A model generated the notes under the pieces. That model was not told where the DNA came from, did not search any database, and worked only from the letters and a program-made list of their open reading frames with translations. The position numbers and the translations under genes are program-made. Positions 63,240-64,000 of a DNA stretch of 64,000 nucleotides are shown here, in pieces. Source of the stretch: Trypanosoma brucei (Eukaryota); contig CP000066.1 in the NCBI GenBank assembly GCA_000002445.1, positions 352,001 to 416,000 on the forward strand, read 5' to 3'. The number at the start of each line of letters is the position of its first letter. Within the stretch, counting starts at the first letter, position 1.

Positions 63240-64000
63240 TCATCTTTTCGCAGTAACGGTCCGGAGTGTACGCAAACGATTGAGGGCAGCACCAATCTCT
63301 ATGTGCCTTGTTGCTGAGGTGAACCCTCGAGGTAGATAACATGAGGGTGTTCGCAGTTCAAGTCGCTTGTCATGCTGGTGACTGCAGCATCCAGCGATCA
63401 TAGAGGAGAAATTAGAGTTAAACTTTCCTCTTTGAATCTCGCACACGCCACCTGGAGAAGGTAATTGTGTTAGCGCACCACCCTTTGTCGTCATTTCAGG
63501 CACAATCCGCGGTTCCCCGTCGTACAGCAACGCGAGGCACTGAGCTATTGCATTTACTTGCCCCTCCTCAACAATCTGTTCCACCATCGAAAGGTCAATA
63601 GTTTCCTCCGAGAATCGGATAGATTCTGTACCAATGCCACTCACTTTGGTTCCTTCCCTGCCACGTCGACGGCGCACTGTTGTGAAGGAGCCGTCAGGAT
63701 CAAAACACCGGTTCACGTCCGGTATGAACACGGAGGCGGTGTCTCCTGGAGGGTTTAGTGCCGGCAACGAGGAATTTGAGGCAATTTCTTTCGCTTCCTT
63801 TGTGCAATCAGAGATCTGGTAGGCATTCATGACGAGCACAACACGTGCCTGTGGAAAATACTGTCCGGATCCGCCAATAACCATGATGGAGGAAACCCCG
63901 TGATTCTGTGAGAGATCTGCTACGCGCTCCACGAAAGGCGTAATGGGTTCCTGGGCCCGCGGAACAAGCATTTGCATCAGCGCATCACGGTACATTAGAT
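63240..64000 (-). CDS. hypothetical protein, C-terminal part. The ORF is still open at the window edge, so the N-terminus probably lies beyond 64000.
   Basis: 251 codons to the first in-window ATG (63995) with no stop between 63995 and the window end. Contains a G-rich loop MVIGGSGQYF, which may be a nucleotide-binding fold. Confidence 0.5.
   Translation of the reverse strand, partial: LMYRDALMQMLVPRAQEPITPFVERVADLSQNHGVSSIMVIGGSGQYFPQARVVLVMNAYQISDCTKEAKEIASNSSLPALNPPGDTASVFIPDVNRCFDPDGSFTTVRRRRGREGTKVSGIGTESIRFSEETIDLSMVEQIVEEGQVNAIAQCLALLYDGEPRIVPEMTTKGGALTQLPSPGGVCEIQRGKFNSNFSSMIAGCCSHQHDKRLELRTPSCYLPRGFTSATRHIEIGAALNRLRTLRTVTAKR

Noticed and set aside
1-64000. Prokaryotic-style features (CRISPR arrays, operon promoters, rho-independent terminators)
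   Set aside because: Gene organisation, protein content (ESAG8-like LRRs, FIGNL1-like AAA, eukaryotic kinase) and repeat landscape are clearly kinetoplastid and eukaryotic, so these feature classes do not apply.

Overview
This looks like a trypanosomatid nuclear chromosome segment, most likely from the Trypanosoma brucei group. Evidence: all long ORFs sit in two head-on polycistronic blocks (+ strand from ~870 to ~31.9 kb, - strand from ~36 kb to 64 kb), there are no introns, and (TA)n/(GT)n microsatellites and polypyrimidine tracts occupy nearly every intergenic gap. The window also holds ESAG8-like leucine-rich-repeat proteins (LRRP), short TTAGGG motifs, GPI-type surface protein genes and a 3629-aa giant ORF. 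Recognisable genes are: a giant protein with a kelch-like C-terminus, an ER-type DnaJ/Hsp40, a fidgetin/spastin-clade AAA ATPase with an N-terminal BRCT-like domain, two CorA/MRS2-type (GMN motif) Mg2+ transporter paralogs, two LRRP genes, an RCE1/CPBP CAAX protease, a Ser/Thr kinase and several conserved hypotheticals. The convergent transcription zone has an unusual architecture. (i) A ~6 kb inverted duplication (17687-23830 vs 44140-49707) places the same gene trio (CorA-like, small Cys-rich secreted protein, 365-aa GPI-anchored surface protein 'A') at the tail of both converging transcription units. Identity is perfect except for a sharply bounded homeologous block that begins mid-CDS in the CorA paralogs. 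(ii) A 6068-bp direct tandem repeat (1.78 copies, 32805-43635) carries a second surface protein gene 'B', distantly related to A (shared EFKTLCG and LCLC motifs). The two B copies are identical except for two small in-frame hypervariable mosaic patches. No tRNA, rRNA, SL-RNA, retroelement ORF or prokaryotic feature was seen. I could not assign proteins A and B to a named family. Their resemblance to the VSG/ESAG6-7/PAG surface families is only a hypothesis.
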